A DNA stretch of 64,000 nucleotides from Octopus vulgaris (GCA_951406725.2 OX597817.1:7192001-7256000), one strand, 5' to 3'; shown: positions 43,291 to 58,404, numbered from the stretch's first letter. The notes: generated from the letters alone by a model not told the origin. Translations and numbers: made by a program.

Positions 43291-43515
43291 GAGTTTAGAA
43301 TGCAAGTAGTTTCCGTTGTGGGTATTATAGGGCCGTATAACGACCAAGAGAATCGTGTTATTACATTGTGAGTTAATCGTACAGAGTATGTGTTGTGTTA
43401 TATTACTGGGTTAGCTATTATATACAAGGAAAGCAAAGAGCCTACTGTTTAACTTATTCAATGAAAAGTATCTAGCTTAGATTGCAAGTTATACCTAGAA
43501 AAGCTATCCTTTGTA

Positions 43516-43605
<90 letters not shown>

Positions 43606-43616
43606 CATTACTATTA

Positions 43617-43968
43617 TTTTATGTTTGACTTTTGCTTTATATTTGTACAAGTTGGCTCCAAGTCTCACCCGGAGACCTCAAGAGACAACAGGTTGGAAGT
43701 TCGTGATGTTGTTATGCCTAGTGTGCCATATATTTGGTCTTGTATTTAGTGTTGTACTAGTGAATGTCTAAAAAAAAAAAGAAAATTATGTTTGTTTTAA
43801 AACTTGAGATTACATAGAAAGTAATTTGCGTAGGATACGAGCAGTTCCCATGAGCACTATCTTTTGAATTTCTGTCATTTTGGGGTTTCCTGGTATCTGA
43901 GTTAGGTAGCGATCAGCCCCTTTTGCTATCATTCCCAGGGCACCTATAACAACATGCATTGTTTTATA

Positions 43969-43970
<2 letters not shown>
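43617..43970 (-). mobile_element. 5'-truncated RLE-type non-LTR retrotransposon (R4/Dong-like) 3' end
   Basis: VVIGALGMIAKG..IPGNP..EIQKIVLMGTARILRKLLSM* plus 3' UTR. (TAA)n on both sides in element sense. Confidence 0.85.
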
Positions 43971-44067
<97 letters not shown>

Positions 44068-44374
44068 CACCATTATTATTATTATTATTATTATTCGTAT
44101 TTCGATCTTAGCTACTGGTAGTGCAATCGCTACTGATTTCGCTTTAATTATTGCTATTATAAATAAAAGAACAGTGGATTGGGAAATTATTTGGACGTCA
44201 GAAGAAATACGTCTGGATCAAGCTCGTCACGTTCTGTGTCTTACTCGCACCGAGGTCAACTTGGCTTTACGCTTCTCGGGATCCATGTAATCCAAAACCC
44301 CTCCTAAATTTGTGGTCCTTTTACCAAAATTTGATGCCATTGTTACTGCTACTCTTATTACTATTATTATATGA

Positions 44375-44703
44375 AAACTCACTGCTTATTTTGCTGGGTA
44401 TTATGGAAAGTGTCAGCTGTCCACAGCCAGGAGACTTAGGTGATACTTGTTTACTGTTCATGCTTCAAGAAACCGGCGAAGAATTCTTGCGGTTGCAAGC
44501 AATGCTGATTTTTGTGGGCGTTTTACCTTCACACTTGCACTGACCTTTTTCAGTGATGTTGGTAGCTGAGTGCAGATACTTCCAAGTGCACCAACTACTA
44601 TTTGTATCACGTCTACTCACTTCATTGAGCACACTCTTCGAATTTCCCGCTTTAAATCGTCGTAGTTGTTTAACTTCGTATTTCCCAATTCAAATCATCG
44701 TAG
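44375..44703 (-). mobile_element. 5'-truncated R4/Dong-like 3' end (same family as 60095-61730)
   Basis: YDDLKREIRR..IVVGALGS..QKSALLATARILRR. The 3' UTR GGCTGTGGACAGCTGACACTTTCC is shared with ~61672. Confidence 0.85.
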
Positions 44704-44738
<35 letters not shown>

Positions 44739-44740
44739 GC

Positions 44741-45066
44741 ATGGCTCAGTGGTTAGAGCGTCGAGCTTACGATCGTGAGGTTGTGAGCTCGAATCCCGGA
44801 CCGGGCTGCGTGTTGTGTTCTCGAGCAAGGCACTTTATTTCACGTTGCTCCAGTTCACTCAGCTGTAGAAATGAGTTGCGACGTCACTGGTGCCAAGCTG
44901 TATCGACCTTTGTCTTACCCTTGGATAACACTGGTGGCGTGGCGAGGGGAGGCTGGTATGCATGGGCGACTGCTGGCCTTCCATAAAAACAACCTTGCCC
45001 AGACTTGTGTCTAGGAGGGTAACTTTCTAGGTGCAATCCCATGGTCATTCATGACCGAAGGGGGTC
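44741..45066 (+). mobile_element. tRNA-derived SINE family C, young copy
   Basis: TGGCTCAGTGGTTAGAGCG...GCTCGAATCCCGG head and GAGCAAGGCACTT central domain. Nearly identical to 53780-54104. Confidence 0.9.
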
Positions 45067-45499
45067 TAAGAAGATTATTATTATTATTATTATTATCATC
45101 ATCATCATTATCATCATCATCGTTATTATTGTGGTGTGCAGGGATAATCGTTAGCACTTCCAGGTAAAATATTTTGCGACGATTCGTCCGTCCTTACGGT
45201 ATGAGGTTGAATTCCACCGAAGCCGATTTTGCCTTTCATCCTATCTGGATTCATAAAATAAAGTAAAATAAATGATAAAATAAATACTGGTGGAGATGTG
45301 TAACGGAGTGCCATAAGGAATAATAGCCACATGAACTTTATTTCACATCTTATTGCCTTAAGGAAGATGACACATTTTGGATGAACTGGGTCTAAGTACA
45401 AAAAGTAAAATGGGTTTGGTTGGAATATCTTTGATTACATATACTCAAGCTGTTTCGCCCTAGGGCTAAACAACGACGTCATCAGACAACTTTTCTCTT

Positions 45500-45716
45500 T
45501 TATTCTCTTTTCTCTTTTACTTGTTTCAGTCATTTGACTGCAGCCATGCTGGAGCACCGCCTTTAGTCGAGCAAATCGACCCCAGGACTTATTTTTTGTA
45601 AGCCTAGTACTTATTCTATCGGTGTCGTTTGCCGAACCGCTATGTCACGGGGACGTAAACACACCAGCATCGGTTGTCAAGCGATGTTGTGGTAATAAAC
45701 ACAAACATATACACAT

Positions 45717-45788
<72 letters not shown>

Positions 45789-45951
45789 GACGGGTTTCTT
45801 TCACTTTCCGTCCACCAAATCCACTCACAAGGCTTTGGTCGACCCAAGGCTATAGTATCAGACACTTGCTCAAGGTCTCATGCAGTGGGAATGAACTCGG
45901 AATCATGTGATTGGTAAGCAAACTACTTACCACACAGCCACTCCTGCGCCT
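45500..45951 (-). mobile_element. SINE family A, full length with an internal (TA)n(TG)n tract
   Basis: Head at 45951 and tail GGCGGTGCTCCAGCATGGCTGCAGTCAAATGACTGAAACAAGTAAAAGAG. Confidence 0.9.
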
Positions 45952-46549
45952 ATACAAATGGTAAATGGACTCAATCTACGTAAGGGTAACAACAAAAAGA
46001 ATTATTTTTAAAAAATTACATACGGGTTCATTGCACTAATATCTATACATTAAATTTTGAATAAGAAAGTGAAATACATTTTATGCGTGTCTTTAATGGC
46101 GTCTTTGTGTTGCCGTAATGTCATCTCCAACAGTTATTGTAATGGCGCGACGTCTGACTGTGGCACAGCTTTATTTTTGGTCACCTAAGAAACTTTAAAC
46201 TATTCAGATAAAATATAGCTATTAGTGTATTTGTTATGCAGCCATTCAATGAAGAAAGCCTGAAAGACTTTATTTATGTCTCGAGGAAAAATTTTTCTCA
46301 TTCATGCCCCAACCACATGTGGTGTGACTGTAAGGACATGCTCAGACGTACAACTGGTAAATGGCGTCATTTTATTTTCTCTTGAGAGATACTGCTTTTG
46401 TAGTAATTGTAAGAGCCTTAATAATTTTGAAAGAGTTCAATTATCAGGAATATCATCATCATCATCAACATCATTGACAACATCATCATGATCATCACCA
46501 TTATCATCATTATCAGCAGCACTAGCATCATCATACTTACTATTATTAT

Positions 46550-46800
46550 GACAAGCAGGCGATCTAGCAGAAACATTAGCGCATCAGAATAAAATGATCA
46601 TTGGAATTTCTTCCGGCCTCCCGTTCTGAGTTCAAATTCTACGGAGTTTGCCTTCCAGCATTTTGGTGTCGCTAAAGTAAGTACTAATTGAACCACTGCG
46701 GTTCGATGTAACAAACTTACCCCACCCCTCAAAATTACTGGCCTTGCACCAAAATATGAAAGCAATATCATCATCATCATCATCATCGTTATTATTATTA

Positions 46801-46867
<67 letters not shown>

Positions 46868-46878
46868 TATTATTATTA

Positions 46879-46909
<31 letters not shown>

Positions 46910-47125
46910 GACAAAACGACGATCTAGAAAAATGATAACGCATCAGAAGAAAATGATTATTGGTCTTCCTTCTGGCGTTACGTTCTGAGTTCACATTCTG
47001 CGTAGTTTGTTTTCCAGTCCATTCGATGCCGACAAAATAACTACCAGTTGGTCACCGGGGTCGGTTAAATCGATTTCTCCACCTTTTCACAGTTTCAGGC
47101 CTTATGACTAAAGTTAGAAGGGTTA
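46550..47125 (+). mobile_element. Two old SINE family B copies separated by (TTA)n
   Basis: Both begin TATGACAA..CGATCTAG..GCATCAGAA.AAAATGAT.ATTGG and contain CGTTCTGAGTTCA. Confidence 0.75.
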
Positions 47126-47183
47126 TTACTGTTTGCATGGAGAAGATATCTTAAGAGGCATCATCAACATCATCATCATTATC

Positions 47184-47300
<117 letters not shown>

Positions 47301-47652
47301 CAAAACTAATTAGACGTTGCGGTGATGGTAGCAGCGGTAGAGCTCCGTTAACGACGTAAATGCAAATTTTTCCTGTTACATCCCCAGAGGCAAATGCTTC
47401 AATGAAAGTTTCAAATCACAAACTAATTCAAGTTGAAACGATTCTTCCTCTTCACATCGAATTTCAGAAAACCACACAGCAAGACGGTGATGATGATGGT
47501 GATGATGATGATGATGACGATGATGACGATGATGATGACGATGATGGTGATTGTGGAGGTGGGAGAATATTATGATGAGTAATGATAATGGTGGTGACGA
47601 TACCTGGATAAAGAAGGGATAGAGATATTACGAGGGGACAATAATAATGATG

Positions 47653-47736
<84 letters not shown>

Positions 47737-48770
47737 GCAATAATAATGATAACAGCAAAATCATCGCTAACACTATGCGCGAGTACATGAAGACTATTAT
47801 GGCGGGGGATGATTTTATAGAAGAAGAAGAAGAAGAAGAAGAAGAAGAAGAAGAAGAAGAAGAAGAAGAAGACGAAGAAGAAGACGCAGGGGAGGGGAGG
47901 AGAAGAGGAGGAAGAAGAAGAAGAAGAAGAAGAAGAAGAAGAAGAAGAAGGCGGAGAAGGCGGAAGAGGAGGGTTTTACAAGTTTATATTAAGTTGATTT
48001 ATTCTTTCCATAGTATTTCACTGTGGTAGTAGGAATAACAAATTATATCAATGCGTGTGCGTATATGTGTGTAGGTTTGTGTGTGTATACACACCTAATG
48101 TCACACGTATTTATGCAAGCATACGCACGTTCTTACATTTTCCGTCTCTATACGGCCTTTCTTTATGCTTCATACATTCACTGACAAGGACACTGATGTC
48201 TCTTGTAATTCAAATTTCCAACTTTCAATGAGGTTTAATGAATCGAATAAAATCACAGATGAACATAGAATTATATAGATCTTAACGTTATCTTATTTTA
48301 AGTTTTGGTTTATTTCTCTAACTCCTACACAAAAATGTTTCTCTTCTTCTTACTGCATTTGGCCACCAGGGTAATCTTTATTTTCTTCCTGTCTTACACC
48401 TAGAAGTAAAAACAACGTTCGCATACATATTCCAAGACAACTTAAAAAACATAGACACAGACGTGTGTGTGTATCTGTGTTTGTGTATGTACTCGTATAC
48501 TGTCGACTTAAGTGTACGTGTATATATTTTGTGTCTGTGTGTTTGTACAAGATGTACACTTCGGGTTCACTGGGACTTTAAGTTAATCGTCTGATTAACT
48601 AGTCTTGTGCAAAAGAGCTTCCAGTGAAAGCTAAAGCCTCAGCCTTCTCGAATTTTGCAATAGATTTAACACCTTTCATAGTATTGAGATAATCAACAAA
48701 TAAATTTTACGTTGATATTTTCAAATCTGATTTAAATTAACTACAATAATTTAACAGGTATATTTTCAAA

Positions 48771-49150
48771 TCTTTATATATAAAAGTGAGGTTGTGTGCT
48801 GTCTGTCTCCTACGATTTAGATTCGTAACTACTCCCACATTTTGCGGTGCAGTTTAACCAAAACCGGGTATTTTATAGTCGTGATTCATATCGAACCCTT
48901 CTGGGTATTAGCGCGCGTCTACGATGAGTCTACGATTTAAAAAAAAATACCATCAATTTTTCCCATTTTTAATGCATTTTTGGCATATATAAGGGAAGTA
49001 ACTCTCTAAAAATGTATTAGTAAATCTCAGAACGTAAAAAGCTACAGTAACACCCCCCGCCCTTTGATGGCTATTATACTTTACATCTCTAAAAATGCTT
49101 ATATTTTTATTTCCCCTAGAAACCCGAGCAACGCCGGGCGATACTGCTAG
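48771..49150 (+). mobile_element. Non-autonomous Helitron, complete (380 bp)
   Basis: A|TCTTTATATATAAAAG ... CCCGAGCAACGCCGGG hairpin ... CTAG|T, with no TSD. Confidence 0.9.
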
Positions 49151-49577
49151 TCTGATTTAAATTAACTACAATAATTTAACAGGTATGTGCGTGCGTGCTG
49201 GTGCATATATATATTTAAATGAATACATATGTATGTAGACAAAACCTGTACAAACACGAAGCGGCAGCGTTCAATTTAACGATGTACAGATATATTTTTA
49301 TTCCTGCTCACTGAAACGTGAATCGCATTCTCTGAGGTTTCATGCATCGCAGATTCAATTTCGCCCAATAGATTTTATGTGCACACACACACACACACAC
49401 TCATACACACACGCGCGCGTTCACACGTACACACACATAAGCACAAATACACACATGCACGCAGACACGCAGACACGCATTTATACCCATATGAAGTCAT
49501 TCATTGGCGAAAGTTTAAAGTCAGTAGCAACAATTAAGCAAAAATGAACAGAGTAAAACTCTGAGATTAGCCAGTAA

Positions 49578-49971
49578 TCTTTATATATAAATGAGAGGTT
49601 TTGTGCTGTCTGTCTCCTACGATTTAGATTCCTAACTACTCTCACATTTTGCGGTGCAGTTTAACCAAAACCGGGTATCTTATAGTCGTGATTCATATCG
49701 AGCCCTTCTGGGTATTAGCGCGCGTCTACGATGAGTCTACGATTTTTAAAAAATTTACCATCAATTTTTCCCATTTTTAATGCATTTTTGGCATATATAA
49801 GAGAGGTAACTCTCTAAAAATTTATTAGTAAATATCAGAACGTAAAAAGCTACAGTAACACCCCCTTTTGTGGTTAGCCATATTGAGATGGCTGTTATAC
49901 TTTACATCTCTAAAAATGCTTATATAGTTATTTCCTTTACAAATCCGAGCAACGCCGGGCGATACTGTTAG
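49578..49971 (+). mobile_element. Non-autonomous Helitron, second copy of the same family
   Basis: A|TCTTTATATATAAA ... CCGAGCAACGCCGGGCGATACTGTTAG|T. Colinear with 48771-49150. Confidence 0.9.
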
Positions 49972-50244
49972 TATGTATATAAAAAAAGCCTAGACAAATA
50001 ACATATGTAACGGATTTTCTCATTTATTAAAATTAAACCTAGCTCTAGAGGATGTATCGCAATTTCCAAAGAGAAATTGAGGTCGTTTCTATATGAAAAG
50101 AGGAGATAATATCAAGAAGCAAATATTCTCCAAATAGCCTTCTGCCTCAACAGGTGTCATTAGTGCGATATAGCCAAGGGGCTTAGGTATATATAAAAAG
50201 AGTAGAACTCTTCTATGGAATGGATAATTTGCATAAATTAAACT

Positions 50245-51278
50245 CCGGGCTGCTAATGATTCTGCCAACTTGCCGCCTTTATTAATCCTTTCTTATCTTG
50301 GCACAAGGCCTGTCATTTTGTGAGGATGGCAGCTTGTCGACTTCACCAAGCCCAGTGCTCAGCTGGTATTTATTTTATGAATTAGATCGAATGTAAGGCA
50401 ATGTCGATCTCGATGGAATTTTAAGTGAGAACGTAAGCCGGAAGAAATGCCACGAAGCATTGTATCCAGCGTGCTCATGATTCTTTTCTACTCTAGGCAC
50501 AAGGCCCGAAATTTTTGAGGAGAGCTCCAGTCGATTATATCGAGCCCAGTACACAACTGGTACTTAATTTATCGACCTCGAAAGGATGAAAGGCAAAGTC
50601 GACCTCGGCGGTGTTTGAACTCCGAACGTAAAGACAGACAAAATACTGCTAATTATTTCGCCCGGCATGTTAACGTTTCTAATATTTTTATTGCCCACAA
50701 GGGTCCAAACATAGAGGGGACAACAAGGACAGACAAACGGATTAAGTTGATTATATGGACCCCAGTGTATAACTGTTACTTATTTAATCGACCCCGAAAG
50801 GATAAAGGCAAAGTCGACCTCGATTGAATTTGAACTCAGAACGTAACGGCAGCCGAAATACCTATTTCTTTACTACCCACAAGGTGCTAAACACAGAGAG
50901 CACAAACAAGGACAGACAAACGGATTAAGTTGATTATATGGACCCCAGTGTATAACTGTTACTTATTTAATCGACCCCGAAAGGATAAAGGCAAAGTCGA
51001 CCTCGATTGAATTTGAACTCAGAACGTAACGGCAGCCGAAATACCTATTTCTTTACTACCCACAAGGTGCTAAACACAGAGAGCACAAACAAGGACAGAC
51101 AAACGGATTAAGTCGATTATACCGACCCCAGTGCGTAACTGGTATTTATTTAATCGACCCCGAAAGGATGAAAGGTAAAGTCGACCTCGGCGGAATTTGA
51201 ACTCAGAACGTAACGGCAGACGAAATACCGATAAGCATTTCGCCCGGCGGGCTAACGTTTCTGCCAACTCGCCGCCTT
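50245..51278 (-). mobile_element. Cluster of SINE family B copies including a trimer with a 183-bp period
   Basis: Repeated body motif. Units at ~50722-50904 and ~50905-51087 are essentially identical, with a single head at 51278. Confidence 0.9.
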
Positions 51279-51759
51279 AATAATGCTGTAAATCAAAGCG
51301 CTTTGAGTATTGGTCTAAATAAATCTTTATATGGAAATATTTGCTCTTATAAGTGTGTGAGTATGTATGTGTGTATGTGTGTGTGTGTCTGTATTTCCAT
51401 TCGTACATAAACATAGATATTCATATACACACACATATATATATATGTTTGTACATGTGAAACGGTAATATAGTGATATATGTCACACAAATACTGACAT
51501 GCATATAATGTATATTATATAAACTAGGCCACAAACAGTATATCGTTCGATCATTTTTATAAACTTCCAAATTGTCATTTGTAACTTACTGTCGTAACTG
51601 TCACCAATTCTAACACATCACTCCCATATGAATTGCTAGTACATTGGATATATGCATCCATATAATTAATTTCTAGAAGAAGTTCGAAGACAGAAATTTT
51701 GGATGAGGCTTTCCTCGAAGTCTCTAATTATCTAATTAATAACAGAAAGAATAGTACAG

Positions 51760-52500
<741 letters not shown>

Positions 52501-52515
52501 TTGATCTTATTATCA

Positions 52516-52586
<71 letters not shown>

Positions 52587-52624
52587 ATTATTAATATTAT
52601 TAATATTATTATTATTATTATTAT

Positions 52625-52780
52625 TTTCTTTGCACAGCTTCTGATGCTGAAATGTACTACAGTGTCAGGTGTTCACTACTAGTGAAACACCTCTTATTTT
52701 TCGAGTACCGTCCGGAGTATTCGAACGGTTCCAAGCAATGCTGTTTTCTGCAAGTGCTCCACCCTTATTTCAGCCCTATT
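52625..52780 (-). mobile_element. Very short R4/Dong-like 3' end
   Basis: GAEIRVEHLQKTALLGTVRILRTVLE, then a short UTR and (TAA)n. Confidence 0.8.
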
Positions 52781-52789
52781 ATTATTCTT

Positions 52790-53180
52790 ATTGGATGAGA
52801 GAGCAGTTCATGCCATCCAAGTGACACTGGGGTAAAATATACCCAGTATGCCCATCATTACCACCTATCTGATAAGGGTACGCTAGGCACATACATCTCA
52901 ACAATATATGCGCTTTATAGTGACCTCATATCAAGATAAACAGCGCATGGCCTTGCAGGTGGGACCCAGTTAGAATTTTCTTCAGGTGGAGCCATCCCAC
53001 TCAAATGGTTCCTGAATAAAAGTTGTTTAAGGATGTTGAACGAAACACCCATGTTTGCAAAGGTGAAATATCCAAACCCAAAATAATTCCTCTCAACACA
53101 TGACTATGGTGCTCTCCCACTGCTATGATGCTCCCCAAAAAGGCTATGATGTTCTCTCACAGCTATGATGCTCCCCCATT
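52790..53180 (-). mobile_element. Probable non-coding, (TAA)-tailed interspersed element
   Basis: Higher-GC block between TTA tracts. Four GCTATGATGCTC-like units at 53103-53180 and a 3' stem-loop CTGGG..CCCAG. Confidence 0.4.
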
Positions 53181-53269
53181 GTTATTGTTATTATCATTAT
53201 TATCATCATCATCATCATCATCATCATATTATTATTATTATTACTATTATAATAATCATTATCATTATT

Positions 53270-53490
53270 TAAGGCGGCGAGCTTCGCAGAATCGTTAGCA
53301 CACCGGTCAAATGCTTAGCGGCATTTCGACCGCCTTTTCGTTCTTAGTTCAAATACTGCCGAGGTCGACTTTGTCGTTCATTCTTTCGGGGTCGTTAAAT
53401 TAAGTACCAGTTTAACACTGGAGTCGATGTGATCGACTAGTCCGCTCCCCATAAAATTTCAGGCTTTGAAGCATTAGTAGAAAGGAATTT
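53270..53490 (+). mobile_element. SINE family B, full length
   Basis: AAGGCGGCGAGC..GCAGAATCGTTAGCA head, CGAGGTCGACTTTG body and AAATTTCAGGC..TAGTAGAAAGG tail. Confidence 0.85.
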
Positions 53491-53673
53491 AAGTATGATG
53501 GGTGGCAAAAATTGTCCTACATTGGATTGCGTAGAGGGCACAAACTAGATCTTTTTTTTCGACATATAGCGTTGATTAAATCAATTTAGAGGACAGGATA
53601 TTTATTCTAAACATTTTATACTGAAATTCATGGACACATTGCCAATCTCAACTTTCTGCATTGTTTGCAGGCA

Positions 53674-54141
<468 letters not shown>

Positions 54142-55232
54142 GAGGAGCAGAGTTACTTCTGGAACCATTGACTTATAACGCCGGATTCCCAGATTCCGTG
54201 GCGTAAATATTCCGCATTGGGTGGGACATCGATCTGTCGTAGGATTACTCATTTTTGTCACCTGACTGTACTGGAACTATGTGAAACGAAGTTCATTGCT
54301 CAAGAATACAACGTATCACTCGGTCAGGGAAACGAAATCACGATCTTAGGGCCATGAGTGCAACAACTTAACCACGAAGCTCTCTCTCTCTATCTTTCTC
54401 TCCCTTTCCGTCTCTGTCTCTCTCTCTGCGTCTCTCTCGCGTCTCTCCGTGTCTCTGTTTATATGTGTGTGTTTACGTGTGTGTGTATGTGTCTGTGTGT
54501 TAGCGTGTGAGTGCGTGTGTGCGTGTGTTTAATGAGAGAGACGAAAGATGGAAGATTGGAGGACCTTTCTTGATGACTAATATTGTTTCGACCCATAGAT
54601 GGGTCGAAGCAATCAAAACATTGGAACTACACAATCTCATACACTACTTTGTGTCAGTAGTATCCTAGCTTGAGTTTCGCCTGTGAGTACACAAGGTTTT
54701 CAGAGAGCCTAAAGATCCGGTGTAACTACAGGTGAAACTCAGAGTAGCAGAATCCGAGTGCACCAGAATGAAAGATATTCCTAATCTCTTCTCTGCTATT
54801 ATTATTGTTTGTTTTTTATTTATAACTATCAGTACTAAGATACAAAACATCTATATAGATACATATCTACACACACACAAAAACACACACTCATACATAT
54901 AATGTAAACTTTTAATGACATGATAAAAGAATTATTTGGATATACATACCTGCGTGTCTCATTTCAGTTGTTACCTGTTTTCCATTTCTTCTCAAATATA
55001 CTCTATCACCCGATTGAGTTTCTATGTCACACTGACACAGAAACTAGATGATAGTTTATTTTGAGAAAACCAAACTATAACATCAATATATATTCATAGA
55101 AATAAACATAGACAAAAACACAAATTCACCAACAAACAAAAGTTGTTCGATATTCATATGGACATATAGTAACCTTAAAGCAAGAAAGAATAGAATGAAG
55201 CGAAGGACATTGCATAAAGAGAGACACAATGA

Positions 55233-55278
<46 letters not shown>

Positions 55279-55448
55279 GCTATAAAAACAAACGTATAGA
55301 CAATCAGCTGGACGGCATAAACAAGTCGCTATACGGTAAAGGTTATAGGAACGTCTCGAAGGTAAAGTATGTCTTTGTGAGTCTATATATGAGAGTCAAT
55401 TATTGCACATGAACTCACATTCAAATACTTAAGCACACAAACACACCC

Positions 55449-55550
<102 letters not shown>

Positions 55551-55820
55551 CACTGATTCAAAAAGCTAAACATATTACATTTAGCGATGGAATTTTTTAC
55601 AGAGAATGCTTCGATAGATAGATAGATAAATAGAAAGACGGTCAGGCAGATAGAAAGAGAGAGAGAGAGGTATATAATACATACACATGCACATATGTGC
55701 ATGTTTGTGTGTGTGTGTGTGTGTCCATGTGCGTGTGTGTATGTGAAATTTCGCAGTGCCATGGCGTGACTAAGAACCTCGTGTAGAACTCATATACATA
55801 GATATGTAAACATATGTAAA

Positions 55821-55871
<51 letters not shown>

Positions 55872-55974
55872 GTATGTATATATATGTATATATATGTATA
55901 TATACATGTGTAAATATATACATATATATGCATACATACATATATATATAAACATATATATATATAAATATATG

Positions 55975-56005
<31 letters not shown>

Positions 56006-56006
56006 G

Positions 56007-56088
<82 letters not shown>

Positions 56089-56089
56089 G

Positions 56090-56120
<31 letters not shown>

Positions 56121-56137
56121 GTATGCAACATGTATGC

Positions 56138-56197
<60 letters not shown>

Positions 56198-56884
56198 GTA
56201 TGAGTATATTCATAAGTATATGTTTGTGCGAGTATGTGTGCCCGAATGTGTTTATGTAAATTTGCAAGTTTATATGAAACAGCTGTTATCACCGTCATTG
56301 CTAATGACGCTATTATCGTGGCATTGTTAATGACTGTGAAATAGATGTCCTACCACACACCTAATAATGCTTTGTGTTTTTGTTCTGCGTTTATCGACTG
56401 TCCATCTTTTCAAACGTCTTTGTTGAAGTTGTTGCTGATAGCGATGATAAGTGAATGATAATGATGTGGCGGAGAAAAAGTAATTGGGGGAAGACTGCGA
56501 TGATAATGTCTATGTTACTGATGATGATGATGATTGTGATGATGATGATGATGATGATGATAATGACGATGATGATGATGGAGCTAGTGGCCATGATGAT
56601 GATGGTCATAATGATGATGACACTGTCAATAGCGTCGATGGTTAGTTGCAGTCCTGTTGTTATCACCAGAACATTCATTATTTTACTTCAACATTGTCAT
56701 TGTTCTTCCTATTCAAATCAAAGGTGTCAGATATTGATAACTGATAATCTATGAGATTTTCTAATCATCAACTTCATCAACATCATCAAGACCAACATAA
56801 ACAACACTGACATAATAACATTCATCACATCTTCACCGCCAACACACCGTCACCAACGCCAGCAACTAACGATAATAATAATTT

Positions 56885-57104
56885 ATTCTATTTTTGCACA
56901 AGGCCTGAAATTTTGTAGGGAGGCTGTCAGTCGATTAGATCGTCCCCAATACACAACTGATACTCAATTTATCGACCCGGAAAGGATGAAAGGCAAAGTT
57001 GACCTTGGCGGAATTTGAACTCAGAACATAGCAACGGGCGAAATTACCGCTAAGCATTTCATGCATCCTGCTAATGATTGTGCCGGCTCACCGGTTTAAC
57101 AATG

Positions 57105-57180
<76 letters not shown>

Positions 57181-57209
57181 TAATAATAATAATGATAATA
57201 ATAATAATG

Positions 57210-57240
<31 letters not shown>

Positions 57241-57335
57241 TAATAATAATACTAATAATAATAAGAGTAATAATAATAATAATAATAATAATGATAATAA
57301 TAATAATGATAATAATAATAATAATAATAATATTA

Positions 57336-57396
<61 letters not shown>

Positions 57397-57625
57397 TAAT
57401 AATAATAATAATGGTTTGAAATTTTGCCACAAGAGCAGCAATGTTGGGGGAGGCGGGTGATTCGATTACATCGACTCCAATGTTCAACTGGTACTTAATT
57501 TTTCGACTCCCGAAAGGGAAAAAGGTAAATCGACCTCGGCAAAATTTGAACAGAGAACAGCGACGGGCGTAATACTGCTAAGCACTTCATCCAGCCTGCT
57601 AATGATTCTGCCAGCTCGCTGCCTT
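56885..57625 (-). mobile_element. Two SINE family B copies (56885-57100 and 57410-57625) separated by (TAA)n
   Basis: Family B body motifs in both copies. Confidence 0.85.
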
Positions 57626-57719
57626 AACAATAATGATAAAAACAACAACAGCAACAACAACAACAACAACAATAACAACAACAACAATAATAATTATTAT
57701 TATGATAATAATAATAATG

Positions 57720-57817
<98 letters not shown>

Positions 57818-57840
57818 TAATAAAAATAATAATAATAATA

Positions 57841-58326
57841 AGACCGAACCATCAAGGCCAATAAACCAGATATTGTTGTGAAAGACCAAAACAATAAAGT
57901 TTGCTTATTGGTCGACTTGAGCATCCCCTGTGATCATAATATCTCAGCGAAAGAGTTTGACAAGATCAGAAAATATAAAGATCTGCTCATTGAAATTGAG
58001 AAAATGTGGCATCTCAAGGCGGTTACAATACCAGTGATCATAGGAGCACTAGGAATGATCAAGAAGGGAACCGAAAATTATATGAGAATGATCTAAGTGC
58101 AAAAGATCGTCTTAACTGGTATATCACATGTATTGAGAAGAGCATTGTCGATGTGAGAACTATTACTACCCATGTATTTTAATTTAACTTTAAAAAAAAA
58201 TGAACGTACTAGTGAGTTTAGTTTAATGGCCTACCAATGTATACTATGAGTTTCTTTCTCCTAGGAGTCGGGAAGACACTCGGCAAGAAATGGAAGCAAA
58301 TTTGAAAGAAGAGGAAAAAAAAGATA
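57841..58326 (+). mobile_element. 5'-truncated R4/Dong-like element, RLE domain plus 3' UTR
   Basis: DRTIKANKPDIVVKD..CLLVDLSIPCDHNISAKEFDKIRKYKDL..IPVIIGALGMI, a PD-(D/E)xK restriction-like endonuclease. (TAA)n on both sides. Confidence 0.9.
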
Positions 58327-58332
58327 GTGATG

Positions 58333-58404
<72 letters not shown>

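Noticed and set aside
45440-45490. Minus-strand CTGATGA...GAAAC hammerhead-like match
   Set aside because: Stem II does not close, and there is no NUH triplet with stem I pairing.
50690-51278. Regularly spaced repeats resembling a CRISPR array
   Set aside because: The units repeat in full with no unique spacers, they are SINE bodies, and the context is eukaryotic with no cas genes.
54568-54625. TTGATGA + long hairpin + AAAAC as a decayed hammerhead
   Set aside because: Two core positions differ, and neither a cleavage triplet nor stem I is present. It is kept only as a hairpin.
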